Positions 7,713-17,071 are shown, counted from the first letter of the stretch. The stretch is DNA of 24,000 bases from Mixta tenebrionis (GCF_006517625.1 NZ_VHQI01000002.1:175778-199777), one strand, 5' to 3'. The notes: generated by a model from the sequence alone, not told the origin. Numbers and translations are program-made.

Positions 7713-8029
7713 ATGCTTGTACCAACAGGGAGTAAACAGTGCGCTCAGGTGATGGGCCATGACGCTAAAGTTGAGGTTTGCGGTTACGGCTTTCGCACAA
7801 TGGCCTGTAGTTCGTTGATTGAGTCAGGGGGTGTGGTCAAGAGATGTTTTGGAAAGGCAGATGAGCCATATGGCATGCAATTCGGTGAGGGCAGCGTATC
7901 CATAAAGCGGAACATCTGGATGAGCGCAAGTTAATGTTGCAGTGGTGGGCTGATTTTCTGAATGCGAACCGGGAAAAAGGGATTACGCCGTTTGACTATT
8001 TGAAGAGCAACCGGGGTAATGACGAATGA
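7713..8029 (+). pseudogene. C-terminal remnant of a P4-type tyrosine integrase, N-terminally truncated and frameshifted
   Basis: Integrase C-terminal motifs are spread over three frames. They are MGHDAKVEVCGYGFRTMACSSLIESG (frame of 7713), WSRDVLERQMSHMACNSVRAAY (from 7834) and HKAEHLDERKLMLQWWADFLNANREKGITPFDY...* (from 7901, stop at 8027-8029). At least two +1 shifts are needed, and no N-terminal domain is present. Confidence 0.75.
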
Positions 8030-8243
8030 GTTGAGTGCCTTTATTTCTCGGTTGATGCTTAAATAAAAACGACCAACCTGCCCAATTAGGACTGGTTGGT
8101 AACAGTATTTTTTACCGTGTTATCAGAAAACTACCTGCCAGGTAAAGAGCCGACAGACAAAAAAGATGTCTGCAATAACGCCTTGAATGTACATATAGTT
8201 GCAAGCATCATCGCAAATATGTGCTCATGGATTCTCCAACGCG

Positions 8244-9122
8244 ATGACCTCTGACAAAACCCTAAAGCAAGCGATATCAAATATTACTATTTGGCGCAAA
8301 GGCGAACAGCGTGCGCCACATAAGCCATTATTGCTGCTGCACGTCCTCTCACACTATCGGCAGGGTCACGATCGCCTGTTTAACTATGGTTCTGAAATCT
8401 ACGAGCCCCTATTGGATCTCCTGGAACGTTATGGACCGCAGCGCCGTGACCAGCGCCCAGACATGCCGTTCTGGCGTCTGAAGGGCGATGGCTTCTGGGA
8501 ACTACAAAACGCGGAACTGTGCTCAACCAATGGTAGCCGCCAGCCGCCCCGACGTGAACTGATCGAATATAATGTCGCGGGTGGGTTTGATGCCGATAAT
8601 TTTGCGTTGGTGGCAAAAAATCACAGGTTAATTGATACGCTGGCGCAGCAGCTCCTGGAGGAGCATTTCCCGGCCAGTATTCAGGAAGACATCGCTGATG
8701 AGATGGGTTTTGATATTCGCACCTCTCTCCGTAAACGTGATCCAAAGTTCCGCCAGATGGTGCTACGTGCTTACAATTATCAGTGCGCGATCTGCGGCTT
8801 CAACATGCGTCACGATAATGCGCCGATTGCTCTTGAAGCTGCCCATATCAGATGGAAGCAACATCATGGCCCTTGTGAAGTATCCAATGGCCTGGCACTG
8901 TGTGCGATCCATCATAAAGCGTTTGATCGTGGCTCGATTGGCCTGGATGAAAATATGCGTGTGATGGTTTCCGACGCGGTAAATGGTGGTGGGGTGGTAC
9001 AGCGATTGTTCTGGGATTTTGCGGGAAAGGCGATTGCGTTGCCACCGATTAAAGAAAATTATCCGGGCGAGCGGTTTGTGGAGTGGCATAGGGAAGAGGT
9101 GTTCAGAGGAGAGAGAATCTGA
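8244..9122 (+). CDS. HNH endonuclease with an N-terminal modified-DNA reader domain, probably a ScoMcrA-type sulfur-binding (phosphorothioate-dependent, type IV) enzyme
   Basis: The C-terminus has an HNH signature, YQCAICGF...EAAHIRW...NGLALCAIHHKAFD. The N-terminus carries APHKPLLLL...MPFWRLKGDGFWEL, which I recognise as the SBD-HNH family hallmark. The first in-frame ATG is 8244; the tracked ORF starts at a TTG at 8199. Confidence 0.65.
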   Translation: MTSDKTLKQAISNITIWRKGEQRAPHKPLLLLHVLSHYRQGHDRLFNYGSEIYEPLLDLLERYGPQRRDQRPDMPFWRLKGDGFWELQNAELCSTNGSRQPPRRELIEYNVAGGFDADNFALVAKNHRLIDTLAQQLLEEHFPASIQEDIADEMGFDIRTSLRKRDPKFRQMVLRAYNYQCAICGFNMRHDNAPIALEAAHIRWKQHHGPCEVSNGLALCAIHHKAFDRGSIGLDENMRVMVSDAVNGGGVVQRLFWDFAGKAIALPPIKENYPGERFVEWHREEVFRGERI

Positions 9123-9165
9123 AATGGACTGATTTTTTTTCGTTATATTATTAGGTCAGTAACGA

Positions 9166-9190
9166 GGTTGACAGCAAGATGCTGTCAACC
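9166..9190. terminator. Bidirectional terminator hairpin between the convergent HNH gene and hsdR
   Basis: A perfect 10-bp stem pairs GGTTGACAGC with GCTGTCAACC around the loop aagat. A T8 run lies upstream at 9133-9140. Confidence 0.6.
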
Positions 9191-9196
9191 TGAAAT

Positions 9197-12100
9197 TCAC
9201 ATCGTCCAATGATTCGAAATAACTTCCGCTTGTTTTAAAATTAACTCCACCGCACCCGCTGTTTTATCTGGCGGATATTTATACCGACGCAGAGTCTGTC
9301 GAACCAGAATACGCAACCTTGCACGAACGCTTTCGCGCACTTGCCAGTCCACCGTTGTGGATTGCCGCAGCTTCAGCGTCACTTCTATCGCCAGCTTCTT
9401 AAGTACCTCATCCCCCAACTCACGAACGGCGCTTTCGTTTTCTGCCAGTGCGTCGTAGAAGGCGATTTCGTCAGGATTCAGGCCAAGTGCATCATCACGC
9501 GCCATTGCGGACTGAAAATCCTTCGCCATCTGGATCAGCTCTTCAATCACCTGCGCCGTCTCAATAGCTCGGTTGTTGTATTTAATCAACACTGCCTGAA
9601 GACGTTCAGAATACTTCTTCTCCTGCACTACGTTATTTTTAGTTCGGGACTGGATACCATCATTAATCAGTTTTTCCAGCAATTCTACCGCCAGGTTGCG
9701 ATATGGCATATCGTGGACTTCCTGCAAAAACTCATCAGAAAGTAAGCCAATATTGGGCTTATCCAGCCCGGCTAGCGTGAAAATATCATCCACGCCATTA
9801 GCAATTACGGCATTATCCAGAATCTGTTTCAGTGCGGAGTTCTTCTCGGCCTGGCTTATTTTTTTGTCCACGCTGGTGAATTTACTGATAGCGGCCTTCA
9901 CCGCAGACAAGAAAGCAATCTCCAGTTTATAAGGCTGCGCCGCGTCCAGCGTACAGCAAAGCGACCAGGCTTTAGTAATTGCCAGTACGTTATCAAGAAA
10001 ACGCTTCTTACCGTCCTCAAGGCCGAGCACGTAGTTTGCAACAGGCACCAACAGCTTTTGTGCGTGAGCTTCAAAGCCGGTGTAGTCAAAACCCGCTGAC
10101 GTTGCTGTTTTGGCAAACATACCGTGGATGATGTCCAGCTTTTCCAGCATGATTGCCAGCGCTTCTTCGGCATTAATGGTCGCATCGCCTTTACCGTTTG
10201 CATCGGTATAGGTTTTCAGCGCTAGTTTCAGTTCATTGGCTATTCCGATGTAATCAACCACCAGCCCGCCGGGTTTATCTTTAAATACCCGGTTGACGCG
10301 GGCAATGGCCTGCATCAGGTTATGTCCGCGCATTGGTTTGTCGATATACATAGTGTGGCAGCAAGGGGCGTCGAAGCCGGTCAGCCACATATCGCGCACA
10401 ATCACCAGCTTCAGCGGATCGTTCACATTCTTGAAGCGTGACTCTAGTCGTTTTTTAGTTCGCTTGTTGTAGATATGCGGTTGCAGCATTGCCTTATCGG
10501 ACGCTGTACCGGTCATCACGATTTTGATTTGTCCTTTTTCAGGATCGTCATTGTGCCACTCCGGGCGTAGCGCGATAATTTCATCGTAAAGATGGACGCA
10601 GATTTCTCGGCTCATCGCGACAATCATCGCCTTGCCGTCCATTACGGTATTGCGCTTCTCAAAGTGGGAAATCAGATCGGCGGCAATCTGTTGAAGCCGT
10701 GGTTTTGCACCAACCAGTTTCTCCAGACGGCTCCATTCACCTTTGGTTTTTTCACGCAGGTCCAGCTCATCATCTTCAATCAACTCATCAACTTGATCGG
10801 AGAGCGCCGCCAGTTCTTCATGATTGAGATCGAGTTTCGCCAGCCGGGATTCGTAGTGAATAGGCACCGTTGCTCCATCGTCCACCGCATCCTGAATATC
10901 GTAAATTGAGACGTAATCACCAAATACAGCGCGGGTATCGCGATCCTCTGCCGAAACCGGTGTTCCGGTGAATCCCAGAAACGAGGCGTTAGGCAGCGCG
11001 TCGCGCATATGTTTAGCGTAACCGTATTTATAGATGCCGGTTTCCCGGTCCAGGTTGGCTTTCATGCCGTACTGGCTGCGGTGCGCTTCATCGGAAATAA
11101 CAACGATGTTACTGCGTCCATTGAGTACCGGATGGGCGTTTTCCACTTCCTCCGGGGAGAACTTCTGCACAGTGGTAAAAATAATGCCACCAGCATCACG
11201 GGTCGCAAGCAGTTCACGCAGTGCTTCGCGGTCCTCCGCCTGCACCGGCATCTGTTTGAGCAGTTCCTGCGCTTGGCAGAATGTGCCGTAAAGTTGGCCG
11301 TCCAGATCGTTACGATCGGTTACGACCACAATCGTTGGGTTGCCCATCTCCGGCTGTTGTAGCAGTTTGCCGACATAACAACACATGGAGATGCTTTTAC
11401 CGGAACCTTGTGTATGCCAGACCACACCTGCTTTCTTACTGCCAGGCTGAATGTTGCTGTGCAGGGCCAGTTGCTTACCGGTAGCAGCGACAATTGTCGC
11501 CTGCACGGCCTCGCGCACCGCATGGAACTGGTGATAACCGGCTATTTTTTTAATCAGCCTTTCATCGTTGTTCTCGAACAGGACGAAGTAACGGATATAG
11601 TCGAGCAGCAGCTCCCGGTTAAAGAACCCACGCACCATAGTTTCCAGTTGCCATTCCAGCAACGGCTTATCATTTTCATTGCTGATGGTCTTCCACGGCA
11701 TAAAACGTTCTTCCGTGGCCGTCAGGGAACCCACACGCGCCAGATAGCCATCGCTGACAATTAGCGCTTCATTGCTGATAAACAGATCGCGAATTTCATC
11801 TTTATAGGTCTGTAACTGGTGGTAGGCATCCCAGATATCTACTTTGTCGTCGATGGGGCTTTTCAGTTCCACCACCGCCAGCGGCAGTCCGTTAATAAAG
11901 CAGATGATATCCGGGCGACGAGGCTGTTTCGTCCCGCTGATGGTCATTTGATTGACCACCATAAAACGGTTGTTTTGCGGCTGGTTAAAATCCACCAGCA
12001 GAGCGTGATCGTGGATAAGTTCTTCGTCGCGGCGGTATTGTACCGGAACCCCTTCCAGCAGCCAGTGATGGAAGGCTTTGTTACTGGCAATCAGATCAGG

Positions 12101-12331
12101 GCTTTCAGCGCGAGTAATACGGGAGATAACCTGTTCGAAGACGTCTGCGGGCAGATGCGGGTTGATTTTTTGCAGGCAGGAGGCCAACACGGGCGTGAGG
12201 AACACATCATGATAACTGGCGCGTTGCGGGTTACTGCCATCCGGGGCAATATCCGGCCCGTGATTAATTTCCCAGCCTTGTTCGGCAAACCAGCCCAGGC
12301 AAAGCTGTTCTAAGTCGTCTTCGGTTAGCAT
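9197..12331 (-). CDS. hsdR: Type I restriction enzyme R subunit
   Basis: It is 1044 aa. It has an N-terminal PD-(D/E)xK nuclease ([20 protein letters not shown]), a Walker A motif (HTQGSGKS), a DEAH box ([10 protein letters not shown]) and a long helical C-terminal domain. AGGA lies 8 nt before the ATG. Confidence 0.95.
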   Translation of the reverse strand: MLTEDDLEQLCLGWFAEQGWEINHGPDIAPDGSNPQRASYHDVFLTPVLASCLQKINPHLPADVFEQVISRITRAESPDLIASNKAFHHWLLEGVPVQYRRDEELIHDHALLVDFNQPQNNRFMVVNQMTISGTKQPRRPDIICFINGLPLAVVELKSPIDDKVDIWDAYHQLQTYKDEIRDLFISNEALIVSDGYLARVGSLTATEERFMPWKTISNENDKPLLEWQLETMVRGFFNRELLLDYIRYFVLFENNDERLIKKIAGYHQFHAVREAVQATIVAATGKQLALHSNIQPGSKKAGVVWHTQGSGKSISMCCYVGKLLQQPEMGNPTIVVVTDRNDLDGQLYGTFCQAQELLKQMPVQAEDREALRELLATRDAGGIIFTTVQKFSPEEVENAHPVLNGRSNIVVISDEAHRSQYGMKANLDRETGIYKYGYAKHMRDALPNASFLGFTGTPVSAEDRDTRAVFGDYVSIYDIQDAVDDGATVPIHYESRLAKLDLNHEELAALSDQVDELIEDDELDLREKTKGEWSRLEKLVGAKPRLQQIAADLISHFEKRNTVMDGKAMIVAMSREICVHLYDEIIALRPEWHNDDPEKGQIKIVMTGTASDKAMLQPHIYNKRTKKRLESRFKNVNDPLKLVIVRDMWLTGFDAPCCHTMYIDKPMRGHNLMQAIARVNRVFKDKPGGLVVDYIGIANELKLALKTYTDANGKGDATINAEEALAIMLEKLDIIHGMFAKTATSAGFDYTGFEAHAQKLLVPVANYVLGLEDGKKRFLDNVLAITKAWSLCCTLDAAQPYKLEIAFLSAVKAAISKFTSVDKKISQAEKNSALKQILDNAVIANGVDDIFTLAGLDKPNIGLLSDEFLQEVHDMPYRNLAVELLEKLINDGIQSRTKNNVVQEKKYSERLQAVLIKYNNRAIETAQVIEELIQMAKDFQSAMARDDALGLNPDEIAFYDALAENESAVRELGDEVLKKLAIEVTLKLRQSTTVDWQVRESVRARLRILVRQTLRRYKYPPDKTAGAVELILKQAEVISNHWTM

Positions 12332-12346
12332 CGGTAACGTCCTGTG

Positions 12347-13543
12347 TTAAACGTGTTCGGCTTCTTCAGTGATAATTTCAGCTTCATCATGCCCGTTAAA
12401 GGTCTGCTTAATCAACTGATTAAGTTCCGGTAGACATGTTGAAAAGGCTTTTTCAAATGTCGTCATATGTTCTACCAACCAGTCGACCATCTCCGGCCAC
12501 TTTTCCTGATCTGCGATGCCATTGATGGGTTTTCTGTAAGTAATACGACAGGATTTCTTATCCGGTAAGGCCTGCCAAACTATTTCATGCCCAAAACGAT
12601 TTTCGATAGCAGATTTGCGTTCATGAAGCCAGTCAAATGCGAATGTATTGGTTTGCGCAGAAGGTTTGGCAATCCAAAGCTCAACTCTCATTTCTTTTTT
12701 GCTGAAGATAAGATTGTACGAAACGCCACTGATGCCAGAACCCGCGCTTAACCAGTGGTCGGTTGATGGGCTGATATTATTGTAGAGTGAACATGAGCTA
12801 ACGCGGAATTTCTCCAGAGCCTGGGTCCAGAACGCCTTACGTAAATGGTGGCGAGCTTTGGATTCTCCAGTCGTGGACTGCTCCTCAGCCTCTTTCTGCG
12901 CCATATCGATCATGTAAGATTCCGCTTCCGGCGTTGGGATAACCTGCTTGATATCAATAAATACATCGTTACCATAACGGTAAGGTGTGACCTTAAAGCA
13001 CTGCACGCGAATATTGAACTGCATTAACCAGAGTGCGGTATTGGTTGCTTCTTTGCGGAAATTTGCTGCGACCATCATGATACGCTGTGAACGATTCTGG
13101 TTAATTTGCACCTCTTCCAGGCTATCGTGCTCAAGAAATTCAGCCAGCACGTCAGCCGCAGGACGCGTTTCTTCTGGTTCGTTCTGATCAAGGTAACGCT
13201 GGAAGATCTCTACGATGTGTTCTTTGCGCAGGTTCGCACAGTAACCCGCATATTTAAGCGCCTGCCAGACGACATCGCGCCCGGAATCATCGAGTTTGTT
13301 CTCAATGATCACCAGATTACCGTCTTTATCGATCGCCAGTAGATCAAGCCGCTCTTTGGTGTCGTCAAACCCGGCAAACTCTTTCTGGATGATAAGTAGT
13401 TCATCATCACTGTTGCGAGTCAATGCCTGCGGATGCTTCGCCAGCCATTCCTGCAAGTGATAGCGTTCGGTGAAACCCGCGTTAGTGAAAGTGGTTTCCT
13501 GGAGCGGTTGTAGGCTATTGCTGGGCTGATCGACTTTAAACAT
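12347..13543 (-). CDS. Restriction-endonuclease-fold (PD-(D/E)xK) plus DUF4268-like protein embedded in the type I R-M operon
   Basis: The N-terminal half reads ERYHLQEWLAKHP...KERLDLLAIDKDGNLVIIENKLDD, a D...ExK nuclease core of NucS/DUF91-like architecture. The C-terminal third (FWTQALEKF...WL..G...ELWI...FDWL...K..IENRFG.EIVWQALPDKKSCRI) fits my memory of DUF4268. The start overlaps the hsdS stop by 8 nt, and the stop is 15 nt from the hsdR ATG. Confidence 0.7.
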   Translation of the reverse strand: MFKVDQPSNSLQPLQETTFTNAGFTERYHLQEWLAKHPQALTRNSDDELLIIQKEFAGFDDTKERLDLLAIDKDGNLVIIENKLDDSGRDVVWQALKYAGYCANLRKEHIVEIFQRYLDQNEPEETRPAADVLAEFLEHDSLEEVQINQNRSQRIMMVAANFRKEATNTALWLMQFNIRVQCFKVTPYRYGNDVFIDIKQVIPTPEAESYMIDMAQKEAEEQSTTGESKARHHLRKAFWTQALEKFRVSSCSLYNNISPSTDHWLSAGSGISGVSYNLIFSKKEMRVELWIAKPSAQTNTFAFDWLHERKSAIENRFGHEIVWQALPDKKSCRITYRKPINGIADQEKWPEMVDWLVEHMTTFEKAFSTCLPELNQLIKQTFNGHDEAEIITEEAEHV

Positions 13544-14822
13544 AGTCAGCTTCCTTTGCTAATTCTTCGGCTTCCGGCAGGGTGATTTCACCGGAGAGGA
13601 GTTTGGGGAGTAGGGTATCGCGGAGTTGTTCCAAGTACATATTTTGAGTTGTATTAACACCAACCTTCTCATAGATACTGGTTAGAATTTCCTCTAGTTT
13701 TTGCCATAGCGCTGTTATCGGTGTCACAATATTCAACCTCATAATGTCTTTAGGATAAACATGAGGCTGGGCTGCTCCTTGTTGCATATGGGTAATTTCT
13801 TTCTGTCTAATTTTGAGTAGAGTATAAAAACAATATACAAACTGTGTTTGAATTTTATTTATATATGAACAGTCTGAAGCCCAAATATTACAATGATATA
13901 AATTAACAAAGCCAGCATTGGCTCCAGAAGCACTTATAGTTATCACAGGCGCAGTAACATTATATTTACTATGGTAGTAAGCTGGTACCAAACCTCCAGC
14001 GACGACAGGAATACCACCTTCTTCGATAGTTTTTTTTGTTATATTTTTCCCTTTCTTAGGTTCAAGGATTGTCCCTAGGCTTTCTAACGCCCAGCCCTCA
14101 GGAATCCCTCCTGACTCGTTTTCCTGCATTGCAGATGGGAACAACTCTGCTGTAGCTCTAAGTTCAGCATATTTTACAGGATGTTTTCGCTCAAATACAG
14201 CCAATGAATCAGTATCCTTTCCGGAAATCGCCGTCATGGCAGCAAGCGTTGCATCTTCTTGCGAACCACCTGCTTCCAGCACCGCGATTTTGGCTTTTAC
14301 CGGTTCAAAATCGACAAACCAACTTTTGAAAAGGGCTTGTGCCATTTGTTCGAGGGTTTGGTTAATATCTTGATTTAAATTTATTTTATTCTCTAAAGCA
14401 AAGAGAGTTGATGCAATTTCTGACTGAATTTTGTAGGAAGTAGGGAATTTAACTTCGAAAGGGTAAACAGCATTTCTATTCAAAGATTTCTGGGCGCTTC
14501 CAGAATTAAACTGTTCAAAATTTATTTGTTTAAGAAAATAATAAATAAACTCTGGGCAGTTACCCTTGAAATCAGAAACATAAAGACAAGTATTCAAAGG
14601 CCAGTAATTTTCTGAGACATAAGAAACCTGCCCCATGGAATTACCACTGCGTCCGATAATTACTCCGGGGCCTTTCGCTTTGAATTGATTATGATAACCA
14701 GTGATCCCTGAAGATCCCATAATTGGTATTTGACCATGTGTTCGATCCTGAGAAGGAAGATCATGACCCCTCTGTAATGTTATTATGTCTCCAAGTTTTT
14801 TTATCTCCCAATTAGCATTCAT
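13536..14822 (-). CDS. hsdS: Type I restriction enzyme specificity subunit
   Basis: Two variable halves are separated by the conserved spacer LEQMAQALFKSWFVDFEPV and closed by its repeat, LEQLRDTLLPKLLSGEITL. The ATG at 14822 overlaps the hsdM stop by 11 nt. The tracked ORF has an upstream extension to 14861. The variable parts are visibly AT-rich. Confidence 0.9.
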   Translation of the reverse strand: MNANWEIKKLGDIITLQRGHDLPSQDRTHGQIPIMGSSGITGYHNQFKAKGPGVIIGRSGNSMGQVSYVSENYWPLNTCLYVSDFKGNCPEFIYYFLKQINFEQFNSGSAQKSLNRNAVYPFEVKFPTSYKIQSEIASTLFALENKINLNQDINQTLEQMAQALFKSWFVDFEPVKAKIAVLEAGGSQEDATLAAMTAISGKDTDSLAVFERKHPVKYAELRATAELFPSAMQENESGGIPEGWALESLGTILEPKKGKNITKKTIEEGGIPVVAGGLVPAYYHSKYNVTAPVITISASGANAGFVNLYHCNIWASDCSYINKIQTQFVYCFYTLLKIRQKEITHMQQGAAQPHVYPKDIMRLNIVTPITALWQKLEEILTSIYEKVGVNTTQNMYLEQLRDTLLPKLLSGEITLPEAEELAKEADYV

Positions 14823-16521
14823 AACCAAGTCCCTTAAGGTTTGCCTTAATCTGCATTTCAAGTTTCACACTGCTTTCAAACTGTTCTTTTAGCTGCGCCG
14901 TCAGTCGCGTCATTTTCTCCGCAAACGGCTCATCATCCTCTTCCTGCTCGGCAGCACCAACATAGCGCCCAGGGGTTAAGACAAAATCATTTTTCTTTAT
15001 ATCATCTAGCGTGGCAGCAAAGCAGAACCCAGCCTCATTTTCATAATCCTTATCCGTCTGCCAGGCATGGAAAGTATCGGCAATCTTCCTGATATCATCC
15101 GACGAAAAGTCGCGTAATACGCGGTCTTTCATAAAGCCAATCTGGCGAGCGTCGATAAACAACACTTCACCTTTACGGTGCGCTTTGCCGTTACCACCTG
15201 ATTTGTCTTTGGTCAGTAGCCAGATACAGGCCGGGATTTGGGTGTTGGTAAACAGTTGACCCGGCAGCGCTACCATACATTCCACCAGATCCGCCTCAAT
15301 AATCGCCCGACGAATTTCACCTTCACTGTTGGTATTGGAACTCATCGAACCGTTCGCCAGCAGCAGCGCCATTGAACCTTTCGGGGCCAGATGGTGGATC
15401 ATATGCTGCATCCAGGCAAAGTTGGCGTTGCCCTGCGGCGGGGTGCCGTATTTCCAGCGAACATCCTCTTCCAGCGTTTTGCTCCACCACTCCTTCATGT
15501 TGAATGGCGGATTCGCCATAACAAAATCGGCACGTAAATCCGGGTGCTGATCGTTCAGGAACGTATCGGCGTTCTGTTTACCGAAGTTAAAATCGATGCC
15601 GCGAATCACCATGTTCATTGCAGCCAGACGCCAGGTGGTAGGGTTGGACTCCTGCCCGTAAACGGAGATATTGCGCTTTTGCTCGGCAGCGTTGTAATGC
15701 TTTTCATCAGCATGCGCTTCGATAAAGCGATCGCTGGAAACGAAGAAGCCACCGGAACCCATCGCTGGATCATAAACACGGCCATTATAGGGCTGAAGCA
15801 TTTCAACAATCAGCGTGACGATGCTTTTCGGCGTGTAGTACTGGCCGCCCTGCTTGCCTTCCGCCAGCGCGAACTGACCGAGGAAATACTCGTAAACGTG
15901 ACCGAGAATATCTTTGCTCTTCAAATTGAGCTTCACGCCATTGTATTTAGGTTCGCTGAAACTGGTATCGGAGAAAACGTTAATCAGGCTGATTAATAGG
16001 TCATTGCCAAGCTGATAGTGCCCGATACGGTTAAGGATGTTTTTCAGTTTCGGGTTGCTGTTTTCGATAGTATCCAGAGCGATATCAATCAGCTTCGATA
16101 CTGACGTCATGACAATATCTTTGCCGCTATCGTCTTTCCCCAGAACCGTCCCTACAGGCAGAGCTGCGTTGGTTTTGAGCGTTTCCCAGCGAGCCAGTTT
16201 GGGCACCCAGAAGACGTTTTTCTCAGTGTAGTAATCCTGAACTTCCAGCTCTTCTGCGATCGCCTGCTGGTATGCCTCTTCCGTGTCGTAATCATCACGA
16301 GAAAGCGCGTAAATGTTGTCCGGGTTGGACTTGTCTTCAAACAGCCCTCTCAGCTCCTTCTGACGGGCGTCAAAGGCATCTGAAACATACTTCAGAAAGA
16401 TCAGCCCCAGCACCACATGCTTGTAGTTGGCCGCGTCCATATTGGCGCGTAGCTTATCTGCGGCTTTCCAGAACTTAGTATCCAGATCGTTCAGAAATTG
16501 CTGTTCAGCGTTGTTCATCAA
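14812..16521 (-). CDS. hsdM: Type I restriction enzyme N6-adenine DNA methyltransferase subunit
   Basis: It has an HsdM N-terminal domain (FWKAADKLRANMDAANYKHVVLGLIFLKYVSD), AdoMet motif I (VYDPAMGSGGFF) and catalytic NPPF (MANPPFNMKEW). Confidence 0.95.
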   Translation of the reverse strand: MMNNAEQQFLNDLDTKFWKAADKLRANMDAANYKHVVLGLIFLKYVSDAFDARQKELRGLFEDKSNPDNIYALSRDDYDTEEAYQQAIAEELEVQDYYTEKNVFWVPKLARWETLKTNAALPVGTVLGKDDSGKDIVMTSVSKLIDIALDTIENSNPKLKNILNRIGHYQLGNDLLISLINVFSDTSFSEPKYNGVKLNLKSKDILGHVYEYFLGQFALAEGKQGGQYYTPKSIVTLIVEMLQPYNGRVYDPAMGSGGFFVSSDRFIEAHADEKHYNAAEQKRNISVYGQESNPTTWRLAAMNMVIRGIDFNFGKQNADTFLNDQHPDLRADFVMANPPFNMKEWWSKTLEEDVRWKYGTPPQGNANFAWMQHMIHHLAPKGSMALLLANGSMSSNTNSEGEIRRAIIEADLVECMVALPGQLFTNTQIPACIWLLTKDKSGGNGKAHRKGEVLFIDARQIGFMKDRVLRDFSSDDIRKIADTFHAWQTDKDYENEAGFCFAATLDDIKKNDFVLTPGRYVGAAEQEEDDEPFAEKMTRLTAQLKEQFESSVKLEMQIKANLKGLGYEC

Positions 16522-16539
16522 AACCTCAAGAAATCATTT

Positions 16540-16645
16540 GTGTCTGGTTCGGGATCCAGGTTGCGGAGAAGCAGGGAAATTGCCAGAGATCATACCCTGA
16601 CGTCAGCGCGATACCAAGATGCAGGGCAAGATTCCGAACCAACAC
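16540..16645. repeat. Imperfect inverted repeat of about 17 bp flanking about 73 bp, immediately upstream of hsdM
   Basis: GTGTCTGGTTCGGGATC (16540-16556) pairs with the reverse complement of GATTCCGAACCAACAC (16630-16645), with one mismatch and one indel. It lies in the hsdM leader/promoter region. Confidence 0.35.
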
Positions 16646-17071
16646 CTTGTGATAAGGAGGATTATTCTTTTGCACTTTCAGCGCAAAATGTCGGTATTTT
16701 TATTTCGCTACCTGGTATTGTGCAGGTCGAGGTAGATCTTGCGATAGCCATAGATGCAACCTGACTCCATTTAAGCCGGTAGTAAATCGCCGCCTGTTGC
16801 AGGCTTAATATCTCAAGGTTGCCCACAGGCTTGCCAGCTCGCTCTCTTCTTCAGGAAGCATTCTGATTTAACAAACAGACACAGCAATATCTCAATTTTT
16901 CTGTGATCAAAATAATCCCATTTTTTTAACATATCAATCATTTTAATCAGCACTATTAAATTAATATTTTTTGATTTTAACTGTAATTACGTTACTTTTT
17001 ATATGCTTATTCTTTGTGGAGGAATTATATTATATCGAACGGATACATAACCCTGGAAAAAGGTTACATCC

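Noticed and set aside
7713-7934. Tracked 73-aa ORF as a stand-alone gene
   Set aside because: Its first half is the HGFRT-box region of a tyrosine integrase, and the rest is out-of-frame read-through. It is better explained as part of a frameshifted integrase pseudogene.
9341-12313. Many + strand ORFs inside hsdR (9341..9745, 10592..10909, 11009..11362, 11408..11764, 11819..12313 and others)
   Set aside because: They are antisense shadows of a 1044-aa gene with unambiguous helicase and nuclease motifs. Their products are low-complexity with no start signals.
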